From contig CBDESZ010000005.1 in assembly GCA_965242725.1 (NCBI GenBank), forward strand, positions 32,001-96,000: a stretch of 64,000 nt of DNA. The letters are read 5' to 3'. The stretch comes from Alkalispirochaeta sp. (GTDB taxonomy: Bacteria; Spirochaetota; Spirochaetia; DSM-27196; Alkalispirochaetaceae). Both the position numbers and the translations under genes were made by a program. This document shows, in pieces, positions 26,096 through 35,766 of the stretch; within the stretch, counting starts at the first letter, position 1; each line of letters begins with the position of its first letter. The notes under the pieces were generated by a model. That model was not told where the DNA came from. It did not search any database and saw nothing but the letters and a program-made list of their open reading frames with translations.

Positions 26096-28141
26096 TTGAG
26101 TAAACATGATGATGTAGATCAAACCGTTACGACTGAAGCGGGCGGGGATTCTACACCTGAGCGCGTAGTACCGGAGGCGACGGCCGTCGCATCCGAGTCT
26201 CGGACAACCGAGAAGACTCCCGACGGGGAGGCAATTCTCCGGGAGAAAGACCGGGTGTCCAAGTATCGGAACAAGCTATCACCCTTCTGGAAATACGTGG
26301 TGATGGTGATTTCGATTATCTTTGTTTCGTATCATATGTATACGTCGCGATTCGGAATGCCCGATATTATCAAGCACCGGGCCATTCACGTTGCCTTTGT
26401 GCTGGGTCTCGTGTGGATTTACTATCCCGCGACAAAGCGATCACCCCGTTCACGCCCGAGCGTGGTCGATCTCGGTCTGATTGCGGCAACCCTGGTAATG
26501 ATCCTGTATACGTGGTTTACCCGGGACCTCTTCCTCCTTCGAGGCGGGGTGGCGGTGGCATCCGATTACTGGATCGGGGGTATGACAATTCTGCTCGCCA
26601 TTGAGGCGTGTAGACGAGCCGTCGGACCCGGTCTTCTCGCTCTTGTCATTATCTTTATCTTCTATGCCTGGCTTGGCCCATACGCACCCGGCGTATTCGC
26701 CCACCGCGGTCATTCGGTAGAGCGGATCATCTATCAAATGTATCTCACCAGCCAGGGTATTTTCGGTATACCCATCGGCGTTTCTTCGACGTATCTCATC
26801 ATCTTCATCATCCTCGGTGCGATGCTTGAGAAAAGCGGGCTGGGTAAACTCTTTAACGATATCGCCATGTGGGCGGGTGGACGTCTTACCGGCGGTCCCG
26901 CCAAGGTTGCCGTTGTGGCAAGCGCCCTCGTTGGAATGATTCAGGGCAGCGCCGCGACCAACGTCGCCACCTCCGGTGCCTTTACGATCCCCCTCATGAA
27001 GAAGGTCGGGTACAAGCCCTTCTTTGCCGGGGCGATTGAAGCGGCCGCCTCGACGGGTGGTCAGTTCATGCCCCCGATCATGGGTTCCGTTGCGTTTATC
27101 ATGGCGGAATTTCTCGGGGTTCGCTATCTCGGTATCGCCGCGGCGGCGATCATTCCCGCAATCCTCTATTTCGGCGGCGTCTTTTTTCAAATCGACCTGC
27201 GTGCCCGCCGGATGAAGCTTCGGGGACTCTCAAAGGATGAGATGCCCGACGTGAAGAGCACCGTGCTCCGGTACGGACAGATGATTATCCCCGTATTCGT
27301 GCTGATCTTCCTTCTCATCGAGGGACGAACACCGCTCTACGCCGCGTTCTTTACCGTTGTGACGACGTGGCTGCTCTCGTGGATCAGAAAAGAGACGCGA
27401 ATCGGGCCGGCAGCGCTCAAGGATGTCGCGATCAACTCATCCCGGAACATCCTTGGTATCGGTGTTGCCATGGCAAACGCCGGGTTTGTGGTAGCGGTCC
27501 TTTCCATGACGGGAATCGGCGTTATCCTCGCGGACAACATCGTACGTCTCTCCGGAGGATACCTCTTTATTGCGCTGCTCCTGAGTATGGTCGTCGCAAT
27601 CATTCTGGGGATGGGACTTCCCACCAGTGCGTGTTACGTCATCGCCGCCTCGATTACCGTACCGATTCTCCGGGCGATGGACGTTCCCGCATTTCAGGCG
27701 CACTTTTTCGTACTCTATTACTCCGTAATCTCGACGGTAACACCACCGGTCGCATTGTCGGCGTATGTCGGTGCCGGTATGGCGGGAGCTGAACCAAACA
27801 AGGTCGGCTGGACCGCGTTCCGTCTCGCCATTGCCGGATTTATCATTCCCTTCTTTTTCATCTACAGCCCGGAAATGCTGCTCATTGCCGAGAACGGCTG
27901 GCAGATAGCCTGGGCAACGGTGACTGCATTGGCAGGTATCGCTCTGCTCGCCGTCGCTGCTGAAGGGTACTTCACCGTCGTATTGCCGCTGTGGAGTCGT
28001 GCGATCTTCCTTGCCGGTTCATTGATGCTCATTGCTCCCGGTGTATTCGGGGACTTTATCGGTCTTGGACTCGCGGCTCTGGCATGGTTGAGCACCTTCC
28101 TGGTGAAACGCATGGCCGCCAATAAGATGGTCCAGGCGTAG
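26096..28141 (+). CDS. TAXI-type TRAP transporter, fused 4TM/12TM permease
   Basis: GGPAKVAV, ASTGGQ.MPP.MG, LGMGLP and TPPVAL motifs. Confidence 0.95.
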   Translation: MSKHDDVDQTVTTEAGGDSTPERVVPEATAVASESRTTEKTPDGEAILREKDRVSKYRNKLSPFWKYVVMVISIIFVSYHMYTSRFGMPDIIKHRAIHVAFVLGLVWIYYPATKRSPRSRPSVVDLGLIAATLVMILYTWFTRDLFLLRGGVAVASDYWIGGMTILLAIEACRRAVGPGLLALVIIFIFYAWLGPYAPGVFAHRGHSVERIIYQMYLTSQGIFGIPIGVSSTYLIIFIILGAMLEKSGLGKLFNDIAMWAGGRLTGGPAKVAVVASALVGMIQGSAATNVATSGAFTIPLMKKVGYKPFFAGAIEAAASTGGQFMPPIMGSVAFIMAEFLGVRYLGIAAAAIIPAILYFGGVFFQIDLRARRMKLRGLSKDEMPDVKSTVLRYGQMIIPVFVLIFLLIEGRTPLYAAFFTVVTTWLLSWIRKETRIGPAALKDVAINSSRNILGIGVAMANAGFVVAVLSMTGIGVILADNIVRLSGGYLFIALLLSMVVAIILGMGLPTSACYVIAASITVPILRAMDVPAFQAHFFVLYYSVISTVTPPVALSAYVGAGMAGAEPNKVGWTAFRLAIAGFIIPFFFIYSPEMLLIAENGWQIAWATVTALAGIALLAVAAEGYFTVVLPLWSRAIFLAGSLMLIAPGVFGDFIGLGLAALAWLSTFLVKRMAANKMVQA

Positions 28142-28268
28142 CGATATACAAGTTGTCGAAGGGTCCGGCGCGCGGAAAGCGCCGGACCTCCCATAATGGA
28201 TGGAACCGTCGGTAGCGGCGGTTGATTATAGGAATCAATGCCTACGGGCAGAAAGAGGAGGAGTAACG

Positions 28269-29279
28269 ATGTTACAGCTCATGAAGAAAGCCATAGTTAT
28301 GGCTCTGGTACTTGGCGTGGTCCTCGCCGGTGTGACCTTTGCCGGCGGCCAGCAGGAAGGTGGTCAGGCGGCAGGCAGTGCACCGTCGGGACCGATCTTT
28401 ATCACCATGGGAACCGCCGGTGTCGGTGGTATGAACTATCCCACGGGTATCGCCATGGCATCCCTCTGGAACGCCAACATTCCCGGAATGAAGGCCGTTG
28501 CCATCGCCACCGGTGGAAGTCCCCACAACATTGACCTGTTGCGGACCAACGACGCCGACGTTGCGGTTTGTCGCTCCCTTGAAGCGTACCGCGCGTATAT
28601 CGGTGAAGAGCCCTATCCGGAAGAGATGCCCTGGATGCGTGCCCTTACGGGTGGTCTCTTTATCGACGTCTTCCAGGTTGTGGCGTCCAAGGACAGCGGT
28701 ATCAATTCCGTCGCAGACTTTGCGGGCAAGCGAATCGTCGTCGGTCCCGTTGGTAGCGGTGGTGAGGTTGATGCACGGGAAACCCTTGCAGCATACGGTC
28801 TGACCTATGACGACATGGACGTCAGCTTTGTTGAGTTCTCCCAGGGTATGGACATGCTCAAGGACGGACTTGCTGACGCCGGTATCCTCGGTGTTGCCCT
28901 TGGTGCCTCCACGATGCAGGAGCTCATGCTCGACGGACATTTCAAACTGATTCCCATCGACGATGAAGGCCTTGCAAATCTGAAGCAGCGCAACGAGTTC
29001 TACATTCGTGCACGGATCCCCGCGGAAACCTATCCCAACCAGCCGGAAGCAGTACCGACCGTCGGAACGCCTCCGGACACGATTATCGTTCGTGCGGACA
29101 CGGACGCGGACCTCGTCTACCAGATGACCAAGACGCTGTACGAGAACCGGCCCGCAATCCATGCAGTTTCCCCGCTGCTCACGCAGTTCACCGAGGAACT
29201 GGTACTTGAAGAAATGCTGATCCCCTATCATGACGGTGCCAAACGGTACTTTGTTGAACAGGGTTGGCTGGAAGAATAG
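28269..29279 (+). CDS. TAXI-family TRAP solute-binding protein
   Basis: GTAG.GG..YP, TGGS..N, GP.GSG and IPYHDGA.RYF motifs; GAGGAGG SD. Confidence 0.93.
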   Translation: MLQLMKKAIVMALVLGVVLAGVTFAGGQQEGGQAAGSAPSGPIFITMGTAGVGGMNYPTGIAMASLWNANIPGMKAVAIATGGSPHNIDLLRTNDADVAVCRSLEAYRAYIGEEPYPEEMPWMRALTGGLFIDVFQVVASKDSGINSVADFAGKRIVVGPVGSGGEVDARETLAAYGLTYDDMDVSFVEFSQGMDMLKDGLADAGILGVALGASTMQELMLDGHFKLIPIDDEGLANLKQRNEFYIRARIPAETYPNQPEAVPTVGTPPDTIIVRADTDADLVYQMTKTLYENRPAIHAVSPLLTQFTEELVLEEMLIPYHDGAKRYFVEQGWLEE

Positions 29280-29293
29280 TTCCTTTGTTACCG

Positions 29294-29323
29294 GGCCGTC
29301 TTCGTCATTTGACGAAGGCGGCC
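29294..29323 (+). terminator. Stem-loop after the TAXI SBP gene
   Basis: GGCCGTCTTCGTCA/TGACGAAGGCGGCC stem; weak U tract. Confidence 0.55.
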
Positions 29324-29372
29324 TTCATCGGTCACCATGGTTGGACGTATGTTATAATTGTCGAGAGGTTGT

Positions 29373-30086
29373 ATGGTCACCAAGAAGAAACCGAAAAAAC
29401 CAACGCTGATATCCGTTCGTGATCAAATATACGAGGGAATAAAAGAGATGATTCTGACCAACTCATACGAGCCTGGGCAGATTCTGCAAATAGATCGTCT
29501 GGCCGATGAGTTTGGTGTGAGCAGCACTCCCATTCGGGAAGCGCTTATCCGCCTTGAGAGTTTCGGTCTTGTCACGCTTATTCCCAACAAGGGCGCCCGC
29601 GTCGCCGAAATCAGTATTGATGACGTTGAACATACCTGGGAAATGCGAATGCTTCTTGAGCCCCACGCCGCCCGGGTGACTGCAGGACTCTCAATCGATG
29701 CCGAGCTGGGACCTATATACCGGACCGTGGAGTGGATTCTCCAGGGGAATTACGATTTCGAAACCTACATTGACAGCGATCTCAAACTGCACGAACAGCT
29801 GTACACCCATCTTCCCAATCCCATCCTCAAGGAGACGGTGCAGCGGGTTCACCAGCTTTCCATGCGGATGCGATACTTTCCGGAAGGGTTCTCCCAGATG
29901 AAAGACGCCGTCATTCACCGCGTGTCCGAAGAACACATGGCGATTCTTGACGCGCTGATGTCTCATAATCCCGATCAGGCGGCGGAGGCGGTGCTGGTCC
30001 ACATAAGTCACGGGAAAGACCGCGCCGTGGAATGCCTGCGGGAAGTTGAAATCGCCGGAGCCGGCGCGGAGACGGGACGTCAGTAA
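29373..30086 (+). CDS. GntR-family regulator (FCD domain)
   Basis: wHTH LADEFGVSSTPIREAL; FCD motifs D..LH and EH..ILDA; TG-TATAAT and GAGAGG upstream. Confidence 0.93.
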   Translation: MVTKKKPKKPTLISVRDQIYEGIKEMILTNSYEPGQILQIDRLADEFGVSSTPIREALIRLESFGLVTLIPNKGARVAEISIDDVEHTWEMRMLLEPHAARVTAGLSIDAELGPIYRTVEWILQGNYDFETYIDSDLKLHEQLYTHLPNPILKETVQRVHQLSMRMRYFPEGFSQMKDAVIHRVSEEHMAILDALMSHNPDQAAEAVLVHISHGKDRAVECLREVEIAGAGAETGRQ

Positions 30087-30191
30087 TACGTCAATACGCC
30101 GGCGCTCCTTTTCCCGCATTATTGAATAACTCCACCCTATCGCCTCTTTGTAAAACATTAGAAAAACAGTAATATATACTCCGAATCTTCG

Positions 30192-30710
30192 ATGAAGGAG
30201 TATATTATGGCCGGCGGACAAGGTAACAGAAAATTCCACAGCTCGCCTCAACGTGACCGGGAACGTCGCCGCGAAAAGGAATCGCGACGGTACCGGAAGA
30301 AAATGATGCGGACTGTCGTCGTAATCGGTATCGCCGTCATTCTTCTGGGCGGTGCGACACTCGGTCTTACGGCATACAACCGGAGTCAGGAAGACCTGTA
30401 CGATCTTTCCGTCGTCGGCGCGGGTGTGCCGGTAGTCGTGCAGGTGCACGATCCCACCTGTCCCTTCTGTGTTGAACTGCGGGGGAACGTCGAATCAATT
30501 ATGGATGAATACGAAGATACCGAATTGAGAATACGCTTTGCTGAACTGCAAAGTGACGAAGGGGCACTTTTTGCCCGCCGGTACGGAGCGGGGCGCGTCA
30601 CGCTTCTCTTTTTCAACGACCAGGGAGAGCTGCGGGCGCAGCAGGCGGGCGTTCAATCGGTAAATCAGTTGCGCCGTACCTTTGACCGTCACCTTGCGGG
30701 AGACATATAG
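30192..30710 (+). CDS. Membrane-anchored thioredoxin-like protein
   Basis: Basic N-terminus, one TM helix, CPFC motif. Confidence 0.75.
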   Translation: MKEYIMAGGQGNRKFHSSPQRDRERRREKESRRYRKKMMRTVVVIGIAVILLGGATLGLTAYNRSQEDLYDLSVVGAGVPVVVQVHDPTCPFCVELRGNVESIMDEYEDTELRIRFAELQSDEGALFARRYGAGRVTLLFFNDQGELRAQQAGVQSVNQLRRTFDRHLAGDI

Positions 30711-30733
30711 GTCGGTACCGACCAAAGAAAGGC

Positions 30734-30765
30734 AAAAAAAGACCCGGCCTGAGCCGGGTCTTTTT
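30734..30765. terminator. Bidirectional intrinsic terminator
   Basis: A7-GACCCGGC-CTGA-GCCGGGTC-T5 between convergent genes. Confidence 0.92.
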
Positions 30766-30794
30766 GTTTCAACAGAATCTTATTGTCAAAGGAC

Positions 30795-31568
30795 TTACTG
30801 CATTTTCAGTCGCGTGGAGGCGAGCTGAATCATGTTGAAATAATCCTTGAAGTCGGAGAGGGTCGCGCCCGTCGTTGCATCGGCAACGGTCCAGGTGTCA
30901 CCGTCTTTGGCGATCTCGTCGAGGGCGTAGCGGACACCGTTTGCCTCAGCGGCGGCTTCCACCTCTTCGATGTTACCGAGCCACGTCTTGCCGAAGTCCC
31001 AGTATGAAGAACCGCGCTTGTACAGGCTGCCGTAGGAGGTGGTGGTAACGGGCATGGCGTCGCCGCCGAACTCGGTCATAATCTGGAATGCGCCGTCTGC
31101 GATGCCGTCATAGTACGCGGCCATCGTCGCCTGGTTGCGCACGATCAGCAGCTCCAGGTCCTGGTTGCCGACAGGTTCACCGTTCTCGCCGGCTTCCACG
31201 TAGGTGATTGCCGTTCCGACGGTCGTACCGACATAGGTGGTTCCGTCATAGCTGACGTATTTCGCAACATACGTGGTATCCCCGTGGGATACGTAGCTTG
31301 CGGTATTGTCTTCATTCCATTCGGCGGCTTCGATATCTACGGCGGCCAGTGTGTGGGGGAGGAACGCCTCGTTCAGCGTGACGCTGATGGTGCCTTCCGC
31401 GTCGGTCTCGACAACTGCCTTACCGACGTAACCGCCGTGTACGTACTGATACGCCTCTGCAGTCTGATCAGGAGCGTAACCCGTAGGGGCCGCAACTTCT
31501 TCACTTCCACAACCAACGAGCACTACAAGCACCAGCGCAGCGGCAAGTACAGAAATAAATGAACGCAT
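30795..31568 (-). CDS. Lipoprotein with a putative FMN-flavinylation motif
   Basis: Lipobox LVGC; C-terminal DATTGAT matches the D-x2-[ST]-G-A-[ST] ApbE target motif; AGGAG SD before ATG 31568. Confidence 0.75.
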   Translation of the reverse strand: MRSFISVLAAALVLVVLVGCGSEEVAAPTGYAPDQTAEAYQYVHGGYVGKAVVETDAEGTISVTLNEAFLPHTLAAVDIEAAEWNEDNTASYVSHGDTTYVAKYVSYDGTTYVGTTVGTAITYVEAGENGEPVGNQDLELLIVRNQATMAAYYDGIADGAFQIMTEFGGDAMPVTTTSYGSLYKRGSSYWDFGKTWLGNIEEVEAAAEANGVRYALDEIAKDGDTWTVADATTGATLSDFKDYFNMIQLASTRLKMQ

Positions 31569-31798
31569 TGTGAATAACTCCTTTAGGTAGAATAATGAAC
31601 AGCACATTGCTGTTACAAAGATATATAACGCACTTTATGTGAAATGTAAAGGGTAATAAAATAGATTTGTCGCAAAATAATGTGATAAAAATCATGATAA
31701 AACGGCTTAGGTATGGAAGATGTTGTGCTGATTTAATATAAAGGTCCTTCCCTTTCCGGCGGAACTTCCCGTGAGTACATTTAGTACGTCGGAACGCC

Positions 31799-33925
31799 AT
31801 GGAATACAGCAGGAATGGACATACCTACACGAACCGTGCAGCCCGCGCCGACGCCATAGGGTTCTTTACCGACAGCGCCGCATACTTTGCCGCCCTGGCG
31901 GATGTCATTCCCAAAGCTCGACGCAGACTCATACTTGTAGGGTGGAGTTTCGACGATCGAGTTGTGTTGCGTCGTGACGGCAGGAACGGCGACCGGAATT
32001 TGGGAGAGATTATTCTCGAGGCGGCCCGACAAAACCGGGCCCTTGAGATCGTTATCGCGATCTGGAACCCCCCGTCTTTTTTTGCGGCGGATCAGCATAT
32101 TTCGGCCGATTTTCTGAGTGCAATAGAACAGGTGGAGAACATCACCCTTCATCGGGTGGCCCAGGACTCGGCCTTTCGGTCGCTCCATAAAAAGTTCATC
32201 ATCCTCGATGACGAGCTCCTTTTTGTCGGCGGTATCGATATATCCCGAAACCGGTGGGACACCCCTGACCATCGATCGGACAACTCCCTGCGGAGGAATC
32301 CCGGAGGCGAGCGATATGTGCCGTACCACGACGTCCAGGCGGTGATGTCCGGCGAGGTGGCTGAGGCGTTTTACCGGCAGGCGATCGCCGACGGTACACT
32401 CCCGGGAGACGGGACGGCTCCGTCGGTGGAGTCAACCGTCCCGTCCCTGTGGCCCCGGGATGTCGACATTGCCGGCCGAAACGTACCGGTCGGTATTGCC
32501 GAAACGACGGTCCGATCGGAAGACGGCGATGACGAAATGGGCGAGATCGGTGATCTCTATCTCCGCATGATCGACGAGGCGAAGGAATTCATCTACATCG
32601 AAAACCAATACTTCAGCAGCGACGACGTTACCGGTGCACTGATCCGGCGGCTTGAGGAAGGTGATGGTCCGGAGGTGGTCATCGTCGTACCGCGGGAACT
32701 CCCCGACGTCGTGGGAAAGTGGACGATGGGAATCAACTCGATGCATCACATTGCGGTTCTGCGGCGCCATGACCGCCACAACCGCCTCTTTGTCTGTAAC
32801 CCCGTCGCTCCCGACGATCCTTCGGTGGCGGTGAAGGTGCATTCCAAGCTGATGATCATCGATGGACGCCTGATCACGCTGGGCTCCGCAAATATCAGTC
32901 GGCGCTCGTTTTTTCTCGATCTGGAAACGAATGTTGTCATTGACGCCGCCGCAACCGCCGACGGCGAATGGGTTCAGCAGCTGGAGGATCGCCTCATGGC
33001 ACAGCATTGCGCGCTCTCTCCGGAAGAGTGGCGGGATCGGCGGGAGCGATATGGAGGGTCCCGTCTCGAGGCGTTTCGGTCCCGTGCCGAAGAGTGGAGC
33101 GGAATCCGTGAGCACACGACCGGCGAGGTTATCGGCGCCCTCCCGGCGGATTTCCTTAAAAAATTCGACATGAACCGTCCGCCCCCTCAGGAGCAGGTCC
33201 TTCAGCAGATTGCCCGTATTGATTCCGCGGGAATCGTACGGCGAATACGACAAAACTGGCTTCTTCTCACCGCACTCGCCGCGGTCATTGGAGCGGCCTT
33301 TCTTCTCTCCCGCTATGAGGTCGACATTGACCAGATTCTGGACCGGCTGAGTTCCCTGAACTCGTCCCGTCCCGTCCTCGCCGCGGCGGGAACGATCCTT
33401 GCGTACTGGCTCTCCATGGCGGTGTTTGTCTCCATCGTCGTGCCGATCGTCTTTTTTGCCGCCCTCCACGGTCCGTGGTGGGGAATGGTCTACTCAGTAA
33501 TCGGACTCTTTTCCGGGGCGGCCATATACTACGGACTGGGGATTCTGCTCCACCGGAATCGGTGGCTTGAGCGCTTTTCCGTCGTCCGGGTCGGAAAGAA
33601 ACAGCTGGAAAAGATCCGCCCCTACGGATTGTGGGCCGTCGCCATTTCACGAATGGTCCCCTCCGGGCCGTTTATGGTGGTCAATATCGTCACGGGGATG
33701 ATCGGTTTTACACCCCGGCAGTTTCTGGCCGGTTCCGCCATCGGGCTTATGCCGGGCATCGTGGCGCTTTCGTTCTTCGGCGATATCATCCGCGACGTCT
33801 TTACCGACCCGACGCCGTTGAGGGTTCTTCTGTTTCTGCTCTTTATCGCCCTCTATTCAGGGGCGGTGCGGTTGATTATCGGCGGAATCAGGCGCATCGC
33901 CGGCCGCAACGGGGCGAGTCGATAG
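31799..33925 (+). CDS. Phospholipase D-family enzyme fused to a VTT/DedA (SNARE-associated) membrane domain
   Basis: Two HKD motifs (HKKFIILD, HSKLMIID), YIENQYF, GSAN; C-terminal RMVP..PF..VN...G. Confidence 0.9.
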   Translation: MEYSRNGHTYTNRAARADAIGFFTDSAAYFAALADVIPKARRRLILVGWSFDDRVVLRRDGRNGDRNLGEIILEAARQNRALEIVIAIWNPPSFFAADQHISADFLSAIEQVENITLHRVAQDSAFRSLHKKFIILDDELLFVGGIDISRNRWDTPDHRSDNSLRRNPGGERYVPYHDVQAVMSGEVAEAFYRQAIADGTLPGDGTAPSVESTVPSLWPRDVDIAGRNVPVGIAETTVRSEDGDDEMGEIGDLYLRMIDEAKEFIYIENQYFSSDDVTGALIRRLEEGDGPEVVIVVPRELPDVVGKWTMGINSMHHIAVLRRHDRHNRLFVCNPVAPDDPSVAVKVHSKLMIIDGRLITLGSANISRRSFFLDLETNVVIDAAATADGEWVQQLEDRLMAQHCALSPEEWRDRRERYGGSRLEAFRSRAEEWSGIREHTTGEVIGALPADFLKKFDMNRPPPQEQVLQQIARIDSAGIVRRIRQNWLLLTALAAVIGAAFLLSRYEVDIDQILDRLSSLNSSRPVLAAAGTILAYWLSMAVFVSIVVPIVFFAALHGPWWGMVYSVIGLFSGAAIYYGLGILLHRNRWLERFSVVRVGKKQLEKIRPYGLWAVAISRMVPSGPFMVVNIVTGMIGFTPRQFLAGSAIGLMPGIVALSFFGDIIRDVFTDPTPLRVLLFLLFIALYSGAVRLIIGGIRRIAGRNGASR

Positions 33926-33928
33926 TCT

Positions 33929-34726
33929 ATGGGCAACCGTGATTCCCTGACAGTCATGACCTACAATCTCCACGGTTGCGTCGGTACCGACAGGCGCTAC
34001 GATCCCCGTCGGAATCTGTCGGTGATAGAACGGGTGCGCCCGGACATCCTGGCTCTCCAGGAAGTGCGGCGGGACCGCGGCGCCGATTTGGATATTGTCG
34101 AAGAACTGGGCCGTGTCTATCCCGGGTACACCGTCCTCTTCCTGAAGACCCTTGTGGACGACCGCGGGGAGTACGGAAACGCCCTGATGTCCCGCTTTCC
34201 CCTCATGGGACACATCGACGTTGATCTGGATGAGGACGATCACGTCGCGGCGGCAACCGGCCCGTCTCGCGATGGCGGATCCGATTGTGACGAAGTTCAG
34301 AATACAAAAAAAATCGCCGAAGCGCGGCGGGCGATCTTTGTCAAAGTGGATGTTTCCGGTCTGTCCGTATGGGTGGTGGCGACTCACCTCGGCGTCGAGC
34401 GGTGGGCGCGCCGGGTGCAGGCGCGTCGTCTCGTTGCGGCGGTCCATCGACACATCGATGTGCGACGTGAAGCGGCACTGCTCATGGGGGATATCAATGA
34501 ATGGCGCCGACCAGATACCTTCATCCGCCACCTGGACCGACTCTTTTCCCGTCACGTGACGCGACGTACCTTTCCCTCCCGATTTCCTCTGCTCTCTCTC
34601 GATCGCCTCTGGATGACCGATGGTTTTGAGCGAAGACGTGTGTGGGCGCCGCGCTCACACCCCGCGAGAACCGCCTCCGATCACCTTCCCCTGTGCGCAA
34701 CACTGGCCATGCCCCTTGTCGGGTGA
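33929..34726 (+). CDS. Endonuclease/exonuclease/phosphatase-family protein (YbhP-like)
   Basis: TYNLH, LQEV, THLG, GDINEW and ASDHLP motifs. Confidence 0.92.
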   Translation: MGNRDSLTVMTYNLHGCVGTDRRYDPRRNLSVIERVRPDILALQEVRRDRGADLDIVEELGRVYPGYTVLFLKTLVDDRGEYGNALMSRFPLMGHIDVDLDEDDHVAAATGPSRDGGSDCDEVQNTKKIAEARRAIFVKVDVSGLSVWVVATHLGVERWARRVQARRLVAAVHRHIDVRREAALLMGDINEWRRPDTFIRHLDRLFSRHVTRRTFPSRFPLLSLDRLWMTDGFERRRVWAPRSHPARTASDHLPLCATLAMPLVG

Positions 34727-34792
34727 GGCGCGCTGCGTCAGGACGGGTGGAATGGGGCGCACGCCGGTGCCGTATGGTATGATTGGTGCAAC

Positions 34793-35701
34793 ATGAATGT
34801 TGATACCAAAGAGACGCGCACGGGAATTCTGTATGTGAATGTCGCCACCCTTGCATGGGCGACCAATATCATTCTCGGACGGTATGTGCGTGACCAGATC
34901 GGGCCCCTCACCCTGACCGCGTTGCGCTACATTGTGGCGGGGGTGGTCTTCTTCCTGCTCCTGCGGCGACTGCCCAGAGAAGAGCGCCGCCTGGGAGAAG
35001 ACGTTCGTCCGCTTGCGGCCATGGCCGCAACGGGAATCGTCCTCTTTGCGCCGCTCATCTACTTTGGTCTGCGCTACACCACCGCCGTCAACGGTACGCT
35101 CATTAACGGCATGGGACCGCTCCTGACCGCTTTTTTTGCGGCATGGTTCATCGGAGAGCCCTATTCACGGCGGCAGCTGTGGGGAGCCCTGGCGGCAATG
35201 GTCGGAGTGGTCATTCTCATTACCGGCGGATCCATTCGCCGGCTCGCCGAGGTCGGGATCAATCCGGGAGACGCCCTCGTTCTTGCGGCGGCTGCGGTGT
35301 GGGGGCTCTACTCCGTCGCGGGGAGGCGGGCAACCCGACATCGGACCTCCCTTTCCGCGACGGCGCTCTCCATTTATCTGGGTCTGCCCGTTCTTTTAGC
35401 GGCGGCGCTGTGGGAGCAGCGGTCAATACCCGTCGTTTTTTCCGGCCGTCTCGTGGTGATTATCCTCTACCTTGGGCTGGTACCTGCCGCAACCGGTTAT
35501 TTTCTGTGGAATGTGGGGGTGAAAAAACTCGGCACCGGGGGTGCTATGGTCTTTTACAATACGTTGCCCCTCTACGGGGCGATTCTGGGCTTTTTTCTCC
35601 TTGGTGAGACGATCGCGCTCCCCCATGTGGTTGGGGGAGCCTTCATAATCGGTGGCGGCATCTTCTCAGCAATGACGCGGCGGGCCGCCGGCAGGGCGTA
35701 G
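34793..35701 (+). CDS. DMT/EamA-family transporter
   Basis: 10 TM helices in two EamA repeats (GD.LVL.A...WGLYSV; LGE). Confidence 0.92.
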   Translation: MNVDTKETRTGILYVNVATLAWATNIILGRYVRDQIGPLTLTALRYIVAGVVFFLLLRRLPREERRLGEDVRPLAAMAATGIVLFAPLIYFGLRYTTAVNGTLINGMGPLLTAFFAAWFIGEPYSRRQLWGALAAMVGVVILITGGSIRRLAEVGINPGDALVLAAAAVWGLYSVAGRRATRHRTSLSATALSIYLGLPVLLAAALWEQRSIPVVFSGRLVVIILYLGLVPAATGYFLWNVGVKKLGTGGAMVFYNTLPLYGAILGFFLLGETIALPHVVGGAFIIGGGIFSAMTRRAAGRA

Positions 35702-35766
35702 CCGGTCCGACCCGGAACGGGCCGGGCGGCGCGGCCGGGCGGCCTCAACCCGGGCGGCCAGGAGTG

